Positions 50,597 to 63,245 of a stretch of 64,000 bases of DNA are shown one piece after another. The stretch comes from Malacoraja senta. Taxonomy: Eukaryota. The position numbers and the translations under genes were made by a program. The notes under the pieces are model-generated. The model saw only the letters and a list, made by a program, of their open reading frames with translations. It was not told where the DNA came from and made no database searches. The stretch covers positions 1 to 64,000 of the forward strand of contig JAXLNO010000504.1 of the NCBI GenBank assembly GCA_038087875.1, in the 5' to 3' direction. The number at the start of each line of letters is the position of its first letter. Position 1 is the first letter of the stretch.

Positions 50597-53500
50597 ATGG
50601 CCACTTCTGCCCGTAAGCCTGATGTGCTCGTTTTCGATTTAGACATTGCCCTTCGATGGGATGTCTTCAAACGTGACTTTGAACACTATGTCACGATCGC
50701 TCATCCTGCCGCCACCCCAGAGCTCAAAGCCTCTCTGCTTCTCAACTTGCCTGGTCCCGAGGCCCTGACTCGATCTGACTTCTTCGTCTACGCTGCGGGA
50801 GAATCTGCTCGGGACCCGGTATGTCTGGTGGCTAAGTTTAATGCTATTTGTGATATTCCAACAAACTGCATCTTAGAACGTTTTAAACTGTTCGCGCGGC
50901 GTCAGCTCCCTGGGGAATCTGCAGAGAACTATGTCTCTGCGCTGCGACACCTGGCCAGGCGCTGCCGCCTCAACACGTTGACCCCCGAGGAGATTATCAG
51001 GGACCTTCTGGTTTACGGTCTCCGCGATGATAAGCTCAGGGCCGAACTTCTGCGGAAGCCCGATCTGACTTTCAACGATGCGATGCACGCCACCCGCTTA
51101 GCTGAGGCTGTCACCTCGGCGGTGTCACCGGCTGAGCAGGCGATTAACCTTGCCAGCACTTCCAGTCGGCTGATGAACACGCCCCGGTCGCGGCCCCCGG
51201 GGTCGCTCGCTGCTCAAGGGGGACGTGCCCCGGGGTTCGGTACTGCTCCCGGGGGAGGTGCCCGGCAAAGGTGCCCTAATTGCAACTTCACCACTCATCA
51301 ATACAATGTGTGCCCTGCCTTGGGTAAAACGTGTTATGTCTGCAAGAAATTGAACCATTTCGCTGCGGCCTGTCGTTCCCGTGGGAAGCCTGTCGCTGCT
51401 CCGAGGGGCAATGTAAACAACCTTTTACAAACTGATAATGAGTTCAGCTCCCCGTGCTATTTCGACGAACCGTCTGTATCTGAATCCAACTCCTCTCAGG
51501 GGGAGAACAGCTTGTATACTGTGTTGGGCGCACCTGCTATGATAACGGACCCTTCTGTGCGAGTCACTGTGAACAACTCGACCTTCACTGCTAAGATTGA
51601 CACCGGGGCCGTTGCGAACGTTATGTCAACAACACTCTTCAAACAGATAAGAACTAATGAGCAGATTTTTTCTGACAGCTCAACCTTGCATGCCTACGGG
51701 GGAGCGATTCTTACTCCTGTGGGCAAGGCTACGCAAAGCTGCAAGATACTACAGTCCTCTCGGCCCCTCACCTTCTATCTCCTCGATCAAAAATGCATTA
51801 CCCTGCTGGGTATCCGGGCATGCCAGGAAATGGGCCTGGTATCCTTCCACCGTGACATCCACCAGGTGCAGGCCCTCATGGACCCGTTGGCCGAATATCC
51901 CGACCGCTTTGATGATGAGCTGGGCAAACTGCCCTGCAGCTACAAGAGTGTAGTGGACCGTAAGGTCGATTCAGTGGTCAATGGAGCTCAACGTGTCTCC
52001 TTCGCCATGAAGGCCAGAGTGGAGTCGACACGACACAGTATGGTAAAAATGGGAATCCTAAAGGCGGTCATCGAGCCCACCAGGTGGGTCTCTACCATGG
52101 TTGTTGCCGCGAAAAAGGACAAGAGCGAGATACGCATCTGCATCAACCCCAAAGACCTCAACCTGGCCATTAGACGCCCGCACTACCCTATGAGAACGGT
52201 AGAAGAAGTCGCTGCACAGGTTGGCCCGGCAACGGTTTTTTCTGTCCTCGATGCCAAAAGCTCCTTCTGGCAAATACCACTTGACGAGCAGTCGTCCATT
52301 TTGACAACTTTCGCCACCCCCTTCGGCAGATTTCGGTTTCTCCGAATGCCATTCGGAATCAACTCTGCCAGCGAGGTATTTCAACGGACAATGGAGCAGC
52401 TGTTTTCAGATCGACCATGCGCCATCATCGTTGACGACATCCTCGTTTACGGTAAGGACGTTGCCGAACACGATGTCAACCTCCGCCAGGTCCTGGACCG
52501 GGCCCGGGAAATCAACTTGAAACTGAACCTCAAGAAGTGCCGATTTCGCGTCCCGGAGGTCACCTATGTTGGACATGTATTCACCGCCGAGGGGCTAAAA
52601 CCAGACCCGCAAAAGACGGCTGCCATTTCCGGGATGCCTTCTCCTACTAATGTGGCAGGCCTACAACGCTTCCTGGGCATGGTAAACTACCTGGGGAAGT
52701 TCATCCCCGACCTCAGCGAGCTCAGCGCTCCCCTGAGTGATTTTATAAAAAAGGACACGTCCTGAGCTTGGTTCCCCCACCACCAGAGAGCATTCGACAT
52801 CCTTAAATCCAAGCTAATCAGCACCCCCACACTCAAGTTTTTTGACCTGCAGCGTCCCATTGTCCTCACCTGCGACGCCTCTCAGTTCGGACTCGGTGCC
52901 GCCTGTCTCCAGGTCCATGTCGGCCTACAGCTGCCTGTCTCCTTCGCTTCCCGCACCATGACCACCACCGAACAGCACTACGCGCAGATCGAGAAGGAGC
53001 TACTGGCCGTGGTGTTTGCCTGCTCCAAATTCAAAGACTACATCCTGGGCAACACTTTCACCATTGAAACTGACCACCAGCCGCTTGTCACCATTCTCAA
53101 CAAGTGGATCCATGCCGCCTCATCACGCCTGCAGCACATGATGCTGCAGCTCCAACGGTTCAATGTCGTTTATCGTAAGGGCAAGGACATGTTCGTGGCC
53201 GACACGTTGTCTCGCGCCGCGCTAACGTCCACCGTTCGCCACCCATATGAGATGTCTGATCTAATGGTGCTCCAAGTGAACATCGTCCCTTCACAGCAGA
53301 TGAAGTCCCTGGTTGAACACACTACCAATGACCCTGCCCTGCAACAGCTTTCTGCCGTCATCCAGCGGGGCTGGCCCGACCGTCGTTCCGCGCTGCCGGC
53401 TGGCGCCGTGCCCTACTTCCTGGTCCGTGACGAGCTCGTACTACACGACGGTGTGGTGGTGAAGGGTCACAAGGTGGTCGTGCCCGCTGCGCTGCATGAC

Positions 53501-54560
53501 CACTATTTTCAGGTCGCTCACTGCGGACATCCTGGGGCCGAAGCCACCGTGTCTCTCGCCCGGAGCCAGTTCTATTGGCCGGGTATGGCCAAATACATCC
53601 GGGAGAGGGTCTCCTCGTGTTCCACCTGCAACAGTCTCGCCCCCCACCAGCAGCGCCAGCCGCTTCTGCAGCAGCCCGCGCCCGAACTGCCCTGGATGGC
53701 GGTTGCCATCGACATTTTCGAGTGGCGAGGCAAACACTTCCTGGTTCTCGTTGACTCCTACTCCAGCTGGTTCGAGGTCGACCGGCTGCATTCCATAACC
53801 TCTTCAGCCATCATCGACAGGTTATACCCTCATTTTGGCACTTTTGGCCCCCCGGCAAGCCTGCAGTCGGACAATGGCAGCCAGTTTACGAGCTCCGAGT
53901 TTAAAGCTTTCGCTTCCAGGTGGAACTTCCACCATTTCACCAGCAGCCCGGAGTACCCGCAAAAGCAACGGTCTGGCCGAGCGTGCCGTCCGCAGTGCGA
54001 AGAACCTGCTGGAACAATGTGGTGGCATTAACTCCGATTTCTATCTGGCCCTCCTCAACCTCCGCCACATTTCCCGCGACTCTGCCATGGGTTCCCCTGC
54101 TCAGCGGCTCATGTCTCGCGCTACCAGACTCCCGCTCCCTGTGGCCCAGCGCTCCCTCATGCCCTCTGTCCTCACGCCTGCGGCGGTTCAGAAACGCATT
54201 GCCTTCAGGCACGATGTCCAAAAGCGTTCCCATGACAGGTCCTGCCACCCGCTGCCGCGCCTCTTCCCCGGTCAAGTTGTCCGTATGCAGACCCCTTCCG
54301 GTCACTCCAAGCTCGCTACCGTCGTCGGCTCTGCGGGGTCGCCCAGGTCTTATCTCGTCGACCATGCGGGAGCCATTTACCGACGGTCCCGCCAGCACCT
54401 TCGGCTCGTCAACGAGCCGCGTCCTCCTGCCGCGGATCCCTTTGCTCCCCCACTGCCGATTTCGCGTCCGGGCGATGCTCTGCCCGTCCTTCCTAACATG
54501 CAACGGTCTACACGACCTCAACTCCTTCCGTCCCACCCTACTCCGGCTAGTCCTCGCTAG
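50597..54560 (+). pseudogene. Gag-Pol polyprotein (two CCHC-type knuckles, protease, RT, RNase H, integrase), disrupted
   Basis: CPNC..H....C and CYVCKKLNHFAAAC, IDTGA, LDAKSSFWQI, IVDD, CDAS, TDHQPL, H..H..C..C and SDNG. TGA stop at 52763-65 and a frameshift near 53960. Confidence 0.93.
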
Positions 54561-54833
54561 CCTGCCCGCGCTCTTCCCGCTCCTGATCACGCATCACCTC
54601 CGCTTTTGGTGCCGCGGTCTCCTCCGTCTCCTCCCGTTTCCCCCTTTCAGGTTCGTCTGCCCCCATCGGTGCCTCTTCTTCCTGCCGGAAGGGAGGATGG
54701 CGAGATGTGAACCCGGTCGGGACGTCTTGTCAAACCGCCTGTCCGCTATGGCGATTTTGTTTAACTGTCCTAGCGCATGAGCCGTGGTCGCCCTGTCACT
54801 ATTGTATTTGCCTGTCGTTTCGAAGGGGAAGGA

Positions 54834-55037
54834 TGTAGATGATATATGCATGTGCCTTTAACATAGTGACCTCATACCTACTAACCACTCCCCATATCAC
54901 AAGTATAACTACAACCTCCCCACCCACAGATCGCTCTCTAGTTCCTGTGACAGACCACGTACAGCTAGTGCAATATGTAATGCTCCAGTATGAATAAAGA
55001 TAGTAAAGTAACGATGTCTCGTTAAAGCTTCTTTACA
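54834..55037 (+). repeat. 3' LTR
   Basis: Direct repeat of 50297-50500. Confidence 0.97.
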
Positions 55038-56779
55038 TAATCCTCCAACATTTTCGCTACCGTCGATCGCTAGTGGGATCCCACTACCGTCCACATCTTC
55101 TCATCTCTACCCCTTTGTGCTATCCGCAGAGACCGTTCCCTCCGCAACTCCCTGGTCAACTCGTCCCTTCCCACCCAAACAACCCCCTCCCAAGGTACTT
55201 TTCCCTGCAACCGCAGGAGATGCAACACCTGTACCTTTACCCCCCCCCCCCCCCCGACTCCATCCATGCACCCTGACAGTCTTTTCATGTGAGACATCGA
55301 TTGACTTGCACCTCCTCCAAACTCATCTACTGTATCTGCTGTTCCAGGTGTCAACACCTGTACATCGACGAGACGAAGCGTAGGCTCGGCGATCCTTTCG
55401 CTGAACACCTCTGCTCAGTCAGCCTTAACCTACCTGATCTCCTGGTTGCTCATCACTTTAGTTCCCCCTCCTATTCCCAATCCGAACTTTCTGTCCTGGG
55501 CCTCCATTATCATAGTGAGGCCCAGCGCAAATTGGAGGAGCAGCACATCATAGTTTGCGTCGGTAGCTTAACCCCAACGGTATGAACATTGACTTCTCTA
55601 ACTTCAAATAGCCCTTGCTTTCCCTCTCTCTCCATCCCTGTTCTCCCACCAGTCTTACCATCTCCGAATACATTCTATCTCTGTCCCGCCACTCCCCTGA
55701 CATCAGTTTGATAAAGGGTCTCGACCTGAAACGTTACCCATTCCTTCTCTCCAGAGACACTGCCTGTTCCGATGAGTTACTCCAGCATTTTGTGTCTACC
55801 CATAGCTCATCAGTCATGGCAACAGCCTCATAAATCGTCTGCGCACTTTTTCTAGCTTACTGGCATATTTCCTATAGCAGATTGACCAGAACTGAACTCA
55901 TTACTCCACATGCTGCTTCGTCCACTTCCTCTATCGCTGTAACATAACGTCTCAACTTCTAACTTAGTTCCCTGACCGATGGCCAGCATGTCAGAAGACT
56001 TCTTCAAGACCTTATCGATAGGCAACACATTTTCAGGGAACCTTGTCCTTATACTCCAAGATCCATATGCTCTAGATTACTCCAGGGGCTTGCCATTCTC
56101 TGTGGATGTCCTGCCCTGGTTTGACTTACAAAAATGCAAGACTGCACAATTATCTGAAATAAACTAAATTTTCCCTTTCTTGGCGCACTTGCCCAACTGA
56201 TGAATAATCCGCTCCATGTTTTATTAACATTTTCACTGGTGAAAGGCCCTGGGCATTAATCATAGAGACATACACCATGGTGAAGTGTCCATTTACCCAC
56301 TACGTCCATGTCGACAGAGACGCCCCATCTAAACTTGCCCCATGTTGGCCCATATCCCCAAACATTTCTTATCCATGTACCTGTTTAAATGTCTGATTTA
56401 CGTTGCCACCAGTGTCACCTGCAGATTTGCAAATCATGCCTTCTTGTTGATCTCGACGACAAAACCTCAATGGGTCCAGCACTGATGCCTCAGACATACT
56501 GCTGGTCACAGGCCTTCAGTCTTCCACCTGAAACAACCTTCCACCTCCACTCTCTACTTCATACACTGTAGGCAATTATGTACCCATCTCCAATGTACCC
56601 TGTATCCAATGCAGTGTAACTTTCCAGATCAGCCTGCAATGCAGAACAATCAAATGCCTTGCCGAAGTCCATATAGATCACGTCTACTGCCCAGCTCTCG
56701 TCAAGGTTCTTGGGTACCTCTTAACTATACTCAGTCAAGTTCGTGAGATACTATCTCCCATGCACATGACCATGGTGAC

Positions 56780-57170
56780 AATAGACAACAGACAATAGGT
56801 GCAGGAGTAGGCCATTCGGCCCCTCGAGCCAGCACCACCATTCAATGTGATCATGGCTGATCATTCACAATCAGTACCGCGTTCCTACCTTCTCCCCATA
56901 TCCCTTGACTCCCGCTATCTTTAAGAGCTCTGTCTACCTCTCTCTTGAAAGCATCCAGAGAACCAACCTCCACCGCCCTCTGAGGCAGAGAGTTCCACAG
57001 ACTCTTAACTCTCTATGTGAAAAAGTATTTCCTCATCTCCGTTCTAAATGGCTTACTCCTTATTCTTAAAATGTGACCGCTGGTTCTGGACTCCCGCAAC
57101 ATCGGAAACAAGTTTCCTGCCTCCAGGTTGTCCAAACCCCTAAGAATCCTATATGTTTCAATAAGATCCC
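56780..57170 (-). mobile_element. CR1 3' fragment
   Basis: (acaatag)n tail and CR1 3' UTR. Confidence 0.8.
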
Positions 57171-57894
57171 CTGCGCCAAGATTGACAACCCGTCAATCTC
57201 CGCCTTTCGAGCAACGTGTATATTATTACACAGGAAACGTTCCTTTATTTTGATGTTAGGTTCAATGGTCTATAGTCCTCAGGAATTCATCTGCAGCGCT
57301 TCTTAAATAAAACCACAACTTGAGCCACTCTCCAGTAATTCGAAATTTCATCTGTGAAAAACAAAGATTCCAATATCTCAACGATGGTTCCAGGAATTTC
57401 GTCTCTCGCTCCGCACTGTGCCCTTGGATAAGGTCCTTCTCCTGGCATACTAGTTTCTCTAATTCCCATTGAGTATTTGGGACCCAGTTTTTTAGCGTCA
57501 GCCATATAGCATCCATGGACGAACCATCAGTAATATCACCCCAGACTTCTCCTGTGTTGCTCGTCTTAATCAGTAAAGCAATTCCCCACATATTATACTC
57601 CCACCTCTATCTCACCTGCATCACTTTACCCTGGGAAACGAAGCTGCTAGTCCCATTCCCCCTTAGCAGGTTTACGCGGTGGATATAATGTCCAAGGTGC
57701 AAGTAGCCACACCCTGTTTATCCACCATACCTGTGAAGCCTCTTTCATTGAAATAAATAGTACAGTCCAACGATTTTTTCTCGCTCCCTGCCGTGCTGCT
57801 GCCTCTACCGTCTACTGAACTTGGTGACATTGATTATGTATCCACCTCCTGCCTCCCACCAGTTTCCCTACTGCAATGGACCCAAATCCATGGC

Positions 57895-59240
57895 AGGGAA
57901 TTCCACAAATTCACAATTCTCTGGGTGAAAACGTTTTTTCTCAGCTCAGTCTTAAATGGCCTCCCCTTTATTCTAATGGACCTGTCCCACTTTTGCGTCA
58001 TGTGCGCGTCACACAGATGGCGCGTGAAGATTTTGTACATACCAAGATCCTGGGATGCCGCTCGCGACCGTTCGTCACTGTTTTCGTCACCACGCACCAT
58101 GCGCGCGTAATGCACACCATGCGCGCATCACGCGCGTGTCGTGTGTCGTGATGCATAAATGATGTCACGTAAATTATGCGCAAATGACGCCCAAGTGGGA
58201 CAGGTCCTTAGACTGTGGCCCCTGGTTCTGGACTCGCCCCAACATTGGGAACATTTTTCCTGCATCTAGCTTGTCCAGTCCTTTTATAATTTTATATATT
58301 TCTATAAGATTCCGCCTCATCCTTCTAAACTCCAGTGAATACAAGCCTAGTCTTTTCAATCTTTCCTCATAGGAGAGTCCCACCATCCAAGGGATCAATC
58401 TCGTGAACCTCCGCTGCACTGCCTCAATCACAAGGATGTCCTTCCTCAAATTAGGAGGCCAAAACTGTACACAATACTCCAGATGTGGTCTCACCAGAGC
58501 CCTATAAAACTGCAGAAGAACCTCTTTACTCCTATACTGAAATCCTCTTGTTATGAAGGCCAATATTCCATTAGATTTCTTCACTGCCTGCTGTACCTGC
58601 ACGCCAACTTTCAGTGACTGGTGTACAAGGACACCCAGATCACGCTGCTCCTCCCCCTGACCTAACCTAACCCCATTGAGATAATAATCTGTCCCCTTGT
58701 TTTTGCCGCCAAAGTACATAACCTCACTATTATAGTACATAAAGTACATAAAGTACATAACCTCTATATTATACTGCATCTGTGGTAGCTGTGTGGAATG
58801 AGCTTCCAGTGGAAGTGGTGGAGGCAGGTTCGATGTTATCCTTTAAAAATAGATTGGATGGTATATGGACGGGAAAGGAATGGAGGGTTATGGTCTGAGT
58901 GCAGGTAGATGGGACTAGGGAAGTATTTATTTTTAATTAAAAACAAAAAAATGTTCGGCACGGATTTGAAGGGCCGAGATGGCCTGTTTCCGTGCTGTTA
59001 TGGTTATATGGTTATATGGTTATCTACCACGCATCTGCCCACTCAACCTGTCCAGGTCACCCTGCAACCTCCTAACATCCTCTTCACAGCTCACACGGCC
59101 ACCCAGCTTGTGTCATCCGCAAACTTGTTCCTAATTCCCTCTTCCAAACCATTAATATATATGGTAAACAGTTGCGGCCCCAACACCGAGCCTTGCGGCA
59201 CTCCACTCGCCACTGCCTACCATTCTGAAAATCACCCGTT
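57895..59240 (-). mobile_element. CR1 ORF2 fragment carrying a nested MITE and a nested + strand CR1 3' end (~58782-59021)
   Basis: ORF 58174-58779 (RDLGVLV..LVRPHLEYCVQFW). ATCT is duplicated around the nested CR1. Confidence 0.85.
57977..58208. mobile_element. Short Harbinger-type MITE
   Basis: TIRs ggacctgtcccactt / aagtgggacaggtcc. Inserted at the ttc-TAA-gactgtggcc site of CR1. Confidence 0.85.
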
Positions 59241-59959
59241 CACTGTGAGGATGTGCAGGATTCACTGTGGTGGATGTTTATGATAAATGTATTTTGTGTG
59301 TTTCGTTGCTTTTCATTTGTATGACTGACTTGGCAAATGGAATTCCTCGTATGTTGCAAAATAAACTTGGCTAATAAAGTATGGTTATGATTATGATTAT
59401 GATTATTCACTGCAATGTGGAAGCATGAGAGGGGATCTTATAGAAACATATAAAATTATTAAGGATTGGACACGCTAGATGCAGGAAACGTGTCCCCTAT
59501 GATGTGGGAGTCCAGAAAGGGGGATCACTGTTTAAGATTAAGGCGTAGGCCATTTGGAACTGAGATGAGAAAAAACGTTTTTACACAGAGAGTTGTGAAT
59601 TTGTGGAATTCTCTGAGCGGAATCAAGGGGCATGGGGAGAAGGCAGGAACGGGGTACTGATTGTGGCTGATCAGCCCTGATCACATTGAATGGCGGTGCT
59701 GGCTCGATGGGCCGAATGGCCTCCTGCACCTATTTTCTATGTTTCTATGTTTCTATGATGCAAGGCGAAAAAATGTTAAGAATTCTTCCCTTTGCTCTCC
59801 CGCGGTCGGGGGCCTCGAGCCCTCCGTTGACGGGACGATCTTGACTCCCGTAGCCGGCGGCGTTTTGGCCCTCCGGCATCGCGGCGATCGGCTCCTGCAT
59901 GGGGGGGATGTCAGCTCCCCCCTTCTGAACCTTCTGAATCCTTCTGAAGTTGGTAGTCG

Positions 59960-60218
59960 GCAGGTAAGTACTCTGCATACGCCAACTTGGACAATTTTAC
60001 TTTTTTTTTTATCAAGCCAATTAATCAAGCCAATTAACCGACAAACGTGTACGTCTTTGGGGTGTGGGAGGAAACCGAAGATCTCAGAGAAAACCCACGC
60101 AGATCACGGGGAGAACGTACAAACTTCATACAGACAGCACCCGTAGTCGGATCGAACCCGGGTCTCTGGCGCTGCATTTTGCTTAAGGCAGCAACCCTAC
60201 CGCTGTGTCACCGTGACT
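59960..60218 (-). mobile_element. V-domain tRNA-derived SINE
   Basis: Minus strand: cacggtgacacagcggtagg (A box), gggttcgatcc (B box), then the V core ttctccccgtgatctgcgtgggttttctc..cggtttcctcccaca. Confidence 0.8.
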
Positions 60219-60221
60219 GCC

Positions 60222-60660
60222 CCCACGCCGGGCGATCGGACCCCGGTTCGGGGCTCGTCGAGCCTCTGCGTTCGTTGGAGCTCCCGACATCAACGGCCTC
60301 TCCCGAGACTTCGAGCTCTTGATGGTAAGTCCGCAGGCCGTGGTTGGAGCGATCCCAGGCAAGGGATCAGCTCCGATGTTAAGTCCGCGCTCCGTGGTGG
60401 GGTTCACGACAGTCTGAGGAGGCATCCAGCTCCATCGTTAGTAGGCCGCAGACCAAATGGAGAATGCGATCCGAAATTTAATCGCATCTCCAGAAAGTTA
60501 AGAACCTGAAAAAAGGCTCCCCCGATCCCTCGCCCCTCCCCCCGTACAAGACAAACCGGAGAACATGAAACAAAATTGTATCACACACTCATTTTTTTTT
60601 TTTAAGATGAACAAACGGACAGACTACTGGTGGGGCTGCCAATCGTCCGGCACCCAGTCG
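60222..60660 (-). mobile_element. GC-rich retroposon family, 5' part; its 3' part probably lies at ~59755-59945, beyond the SINE
   Basis: The minus strand aligns with 1055-1330 (ggcagcc..tctgtccg; hairpin; gcggccta..tggag). Confidence 0.6.
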
Positions 60661-60842
60661 CTCCATTCATTCATATGACAGTCCCGCCATCCCGGGAATG
60701 AACCTCGTGAACCTACGCTGCACTCCCTCAATAGCAAGAATATTCTTCCTCAAATTAGGAGACCAAAACTGCACACAATACTCCAGATGCTATCTCACCA
60801 AGGCCCTGCACAACTGCAGAAGGACCTCTTTGCTCCAATACT

Positions 60843-61550
60843 GTCGACGGGTGGCGCCGCGAGCCGGCAGCCTCGCCAACAGCTGATCGTCGTTACACTT
60901 TTTTTTTTTTTTAATATATCTAAAAGTGTGTTTTAGTGTGGGGGGGGGTGGGGACGGGAATTGGGGGAAACTATTTTTAGTCACTTACCTCGGTGGAATG
61001 CAACTTTTCTCCTAGTTGTATTTCGCTCTCCCTCGCGGTCTAACAGCTTGGATTGTTGCGGCATTTCCCGGAGTCGGGACCAGAGCTTCAGCAGCGGGCG
61101 CAGCGCGGACTTTCCATCGCGGAACCGGGAGATCCCTTGCGGGGGTCGCCAGAAGAAGTGCTCCGACCGCCGGCCTGCGGCCTATAACATCGTGAAGCTC
61201 CGGTCTTCGGTCCGAAGCGGACGATTCGGGACCTCCAAGCCGCGGAGTGTCCATCCGTCCCGACGTCGGAGTTTCGAGCATCCTACGAGAGGGCCTGTAC
61301 ATCGGCCCGTCCGTAGCGGCGACTGCGGAGGGTTCATGGCCTCGACCACGAATGAACAAAGGAGGAGGACTAATAAAGTTATTGCCTTCCACCACAGTGA
61401 AGAATGTTGATTCCACGGTGGTGGATGTTCGTGCTATATTCTAATGTTTATTGTGCTCTTTTGTTTGTATGGCTGCATGGCAAATCCAATTCCATTGTAC
61501 CTTAATTGGTGCATGTGGCAATAAATGTGAAGATGAACTTGAACTTGAAC
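60843..61550 (+). mobile_element. GC-rich retroposon family, apparently complete ~0.7 kb copy with (GAACTT)n tail
   Basis: Inserted in CR1 with TACT duplicated (60839-42 and 61551-54). Ends caataaatgtg..gaacttgaacttgaac. Confidence 0.8.
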
Positions 61551-62326
61551 TACTCAACTCCTCTCGTTATGATGGCCAACACGCCATTAGCATTCTCCAC
61601 TGCCTGTTGTACCTGCTTGCTTACTTTTAGTAACTGATGAACAAGGACACCCAGGTCTCGTTGTACTTCCCCTTTTCCTAACCTGACATCATTTAGATAA
61701 TAATCTGTCTTCCCGTTCTTGCCACCAAAGTGGATAATCTCACACTTATCCACATTATACTGCATCTGCCATGCATTTGCCCACTCACCCACCCCGTCCA
61801 AACCACCTGCATCCTCATAGCATCCTCTTCACAGTTCACACTTCCACCCAGCTTTGTGTCATCTGCACATTTGCTAATGTTACCTTTAGTTCCTTCATCT
61901 AAATCATGAATGGATATTGTAAATAGCTGCGGTCCCAGCACCGAGCCATGCGGCATCCCACTAGTCACTGCCTGTCATTCTGAAAGGGATCCGTTAATCC
62001 ATACTCTTTGTTTCCTGTCTGCCAGTCAATGTTCTATCATGTCAATACCCTACCCCCAATACCATGTGCTCTAATTTTGCCCACTAATCTCCTGTGTCGG
62101 ACCTTATAAATGTTTTCTGTAAGTCCAGGTACACTACATCCACTGGCTCTCCCTTGTCCATTTTACTTGTTACATCCTCAAAAAATTCCATAAGATTTGT
62201 CAAGCATCATTTCCCCTTCGTAAATCCATGCTGACTTGGACCGATTCTGTAACTGCTATTCAAATTCGTCGCTATTACATCTTTGAAATCGACTCCAGCA
62301 TCTTTCCCACCACTGATGTCAGGCTA

Positions 62327-63245
62327 ACACGGGGGTTCCCCTCTACTACCATAGACGAGGCTCTCGCCAGGGTTTCTTCGATACCCGTGACACTGCTCTC
62401 TCTCCCCATCCCCCCCACTCGTAACAAGGGCAGTCCCCTAGTCCTCACTTTCGACCCTACCAGCCGTCACGTACAACAAATAAGCCTCCGTCATTTTAGC
62501 CACCTCCAACGTGACCCCACCACTTGCCACATCTACCCATCTCCTCCCCTGTCCGCTTTGCGCAGAGACCGCTCCCTCCGTAACTCCCTGGTCAATTAGT
62601 CCCTTCCCACCTGAACCACCCTCGCTCCGGGCACTTTCCCTTGCAACCGCAGGAAATGCTGCACTTGTCGCTTTACCTCCCCCCTTGACTCCATTCAAGG
62701 ACCCAAGCAGTCTTTCCAGGTGCGACAGAGGTTCACCTGCACCTCCTCCCAACCTCATCTATTGCATCCGCTGCTCTAGGTGTCAGCTGATCTACATCGG
62801 TGAGACCAAGCGTAGGCTTGGCGATCGTTTCGCCGAACACCACCGTTCGGTCCGCAATAACCAACCTGATCTCCCGGTGGCTCAGCACTTCAACTCCCCC
62901 TGCCATTCCGAATCCGATCTTTCTTTCTTGGGCCTCCTCCATGGTCAGAGTGAGGACCACCGGAAATTGGAGGAGCAGCACCTCATATTTCGCTTTGGCA
63001 GTTTGTACCCCAGCGCTATGAACATTGACTTCTCTAGTTTCAGGTAGTCCTTACTGTCTCCTCCCCTTCTCAACTCTGCCTCTAGCCCTCTGGCTCCTCC
63101 TCTTCCTTTCTTCTTCGCGCCCCCCCCCCCCCACCCCACCCTCACATCAGTCTGAAGAAGGGTTTCGGCCCGAAACGTTGGCTATTTCCTTCGCTCCATA
63201 GATGCTGCCTCACCCGCTGAGTTTCTCTAGCATTTTTATGTACCT
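62327..63245 (+). mobile_element. Penelope-like element 3' fragment (GIY-YIG endonuclease plus terminal repeat)
   Basis: NLIYCIRCSRCQLIYIGETKRRLGDRFAEH..HFN..LEEQHLIFRFG..P..MN. Confidence 0.9.
63146..63185 (+). ncRNA. Penelope-type minimal hammerhead ribozyme-like motif
   Basis: cagt-CTGAAGA-A-GGGTttcgGCCC-GAAA-CGTT-ggct. Stem I is marginal. Confidence 0.6.

Larger units (their letters stand above)
50297..55037 (+). mobile_element. Complete Ty3/Gypsy LTR retrotransposon (Mag-like)
   Basis: 204-bp TG..CA LTRs, 5-bp TSD TAATC (50292-96 and 55038-42), PBS tggtgtcaga (tRNA-Leu-like) at 50501 and PPT gaaggggaagga at 54822-33. Confidence 0.97.
49760..55800 (+). mobile_element. Penelope-like element fragment (RT end, GIY-YIG, terminal repeat) split by the Gypsy insertion
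   Basis: YVRYIDD at ~49797-49817. After 55043: LIYCICC..YIDETKRRLGD..HF..LEEQHII. The sequence is contiguous across the TAATC TSD. Confidence 0.85.
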
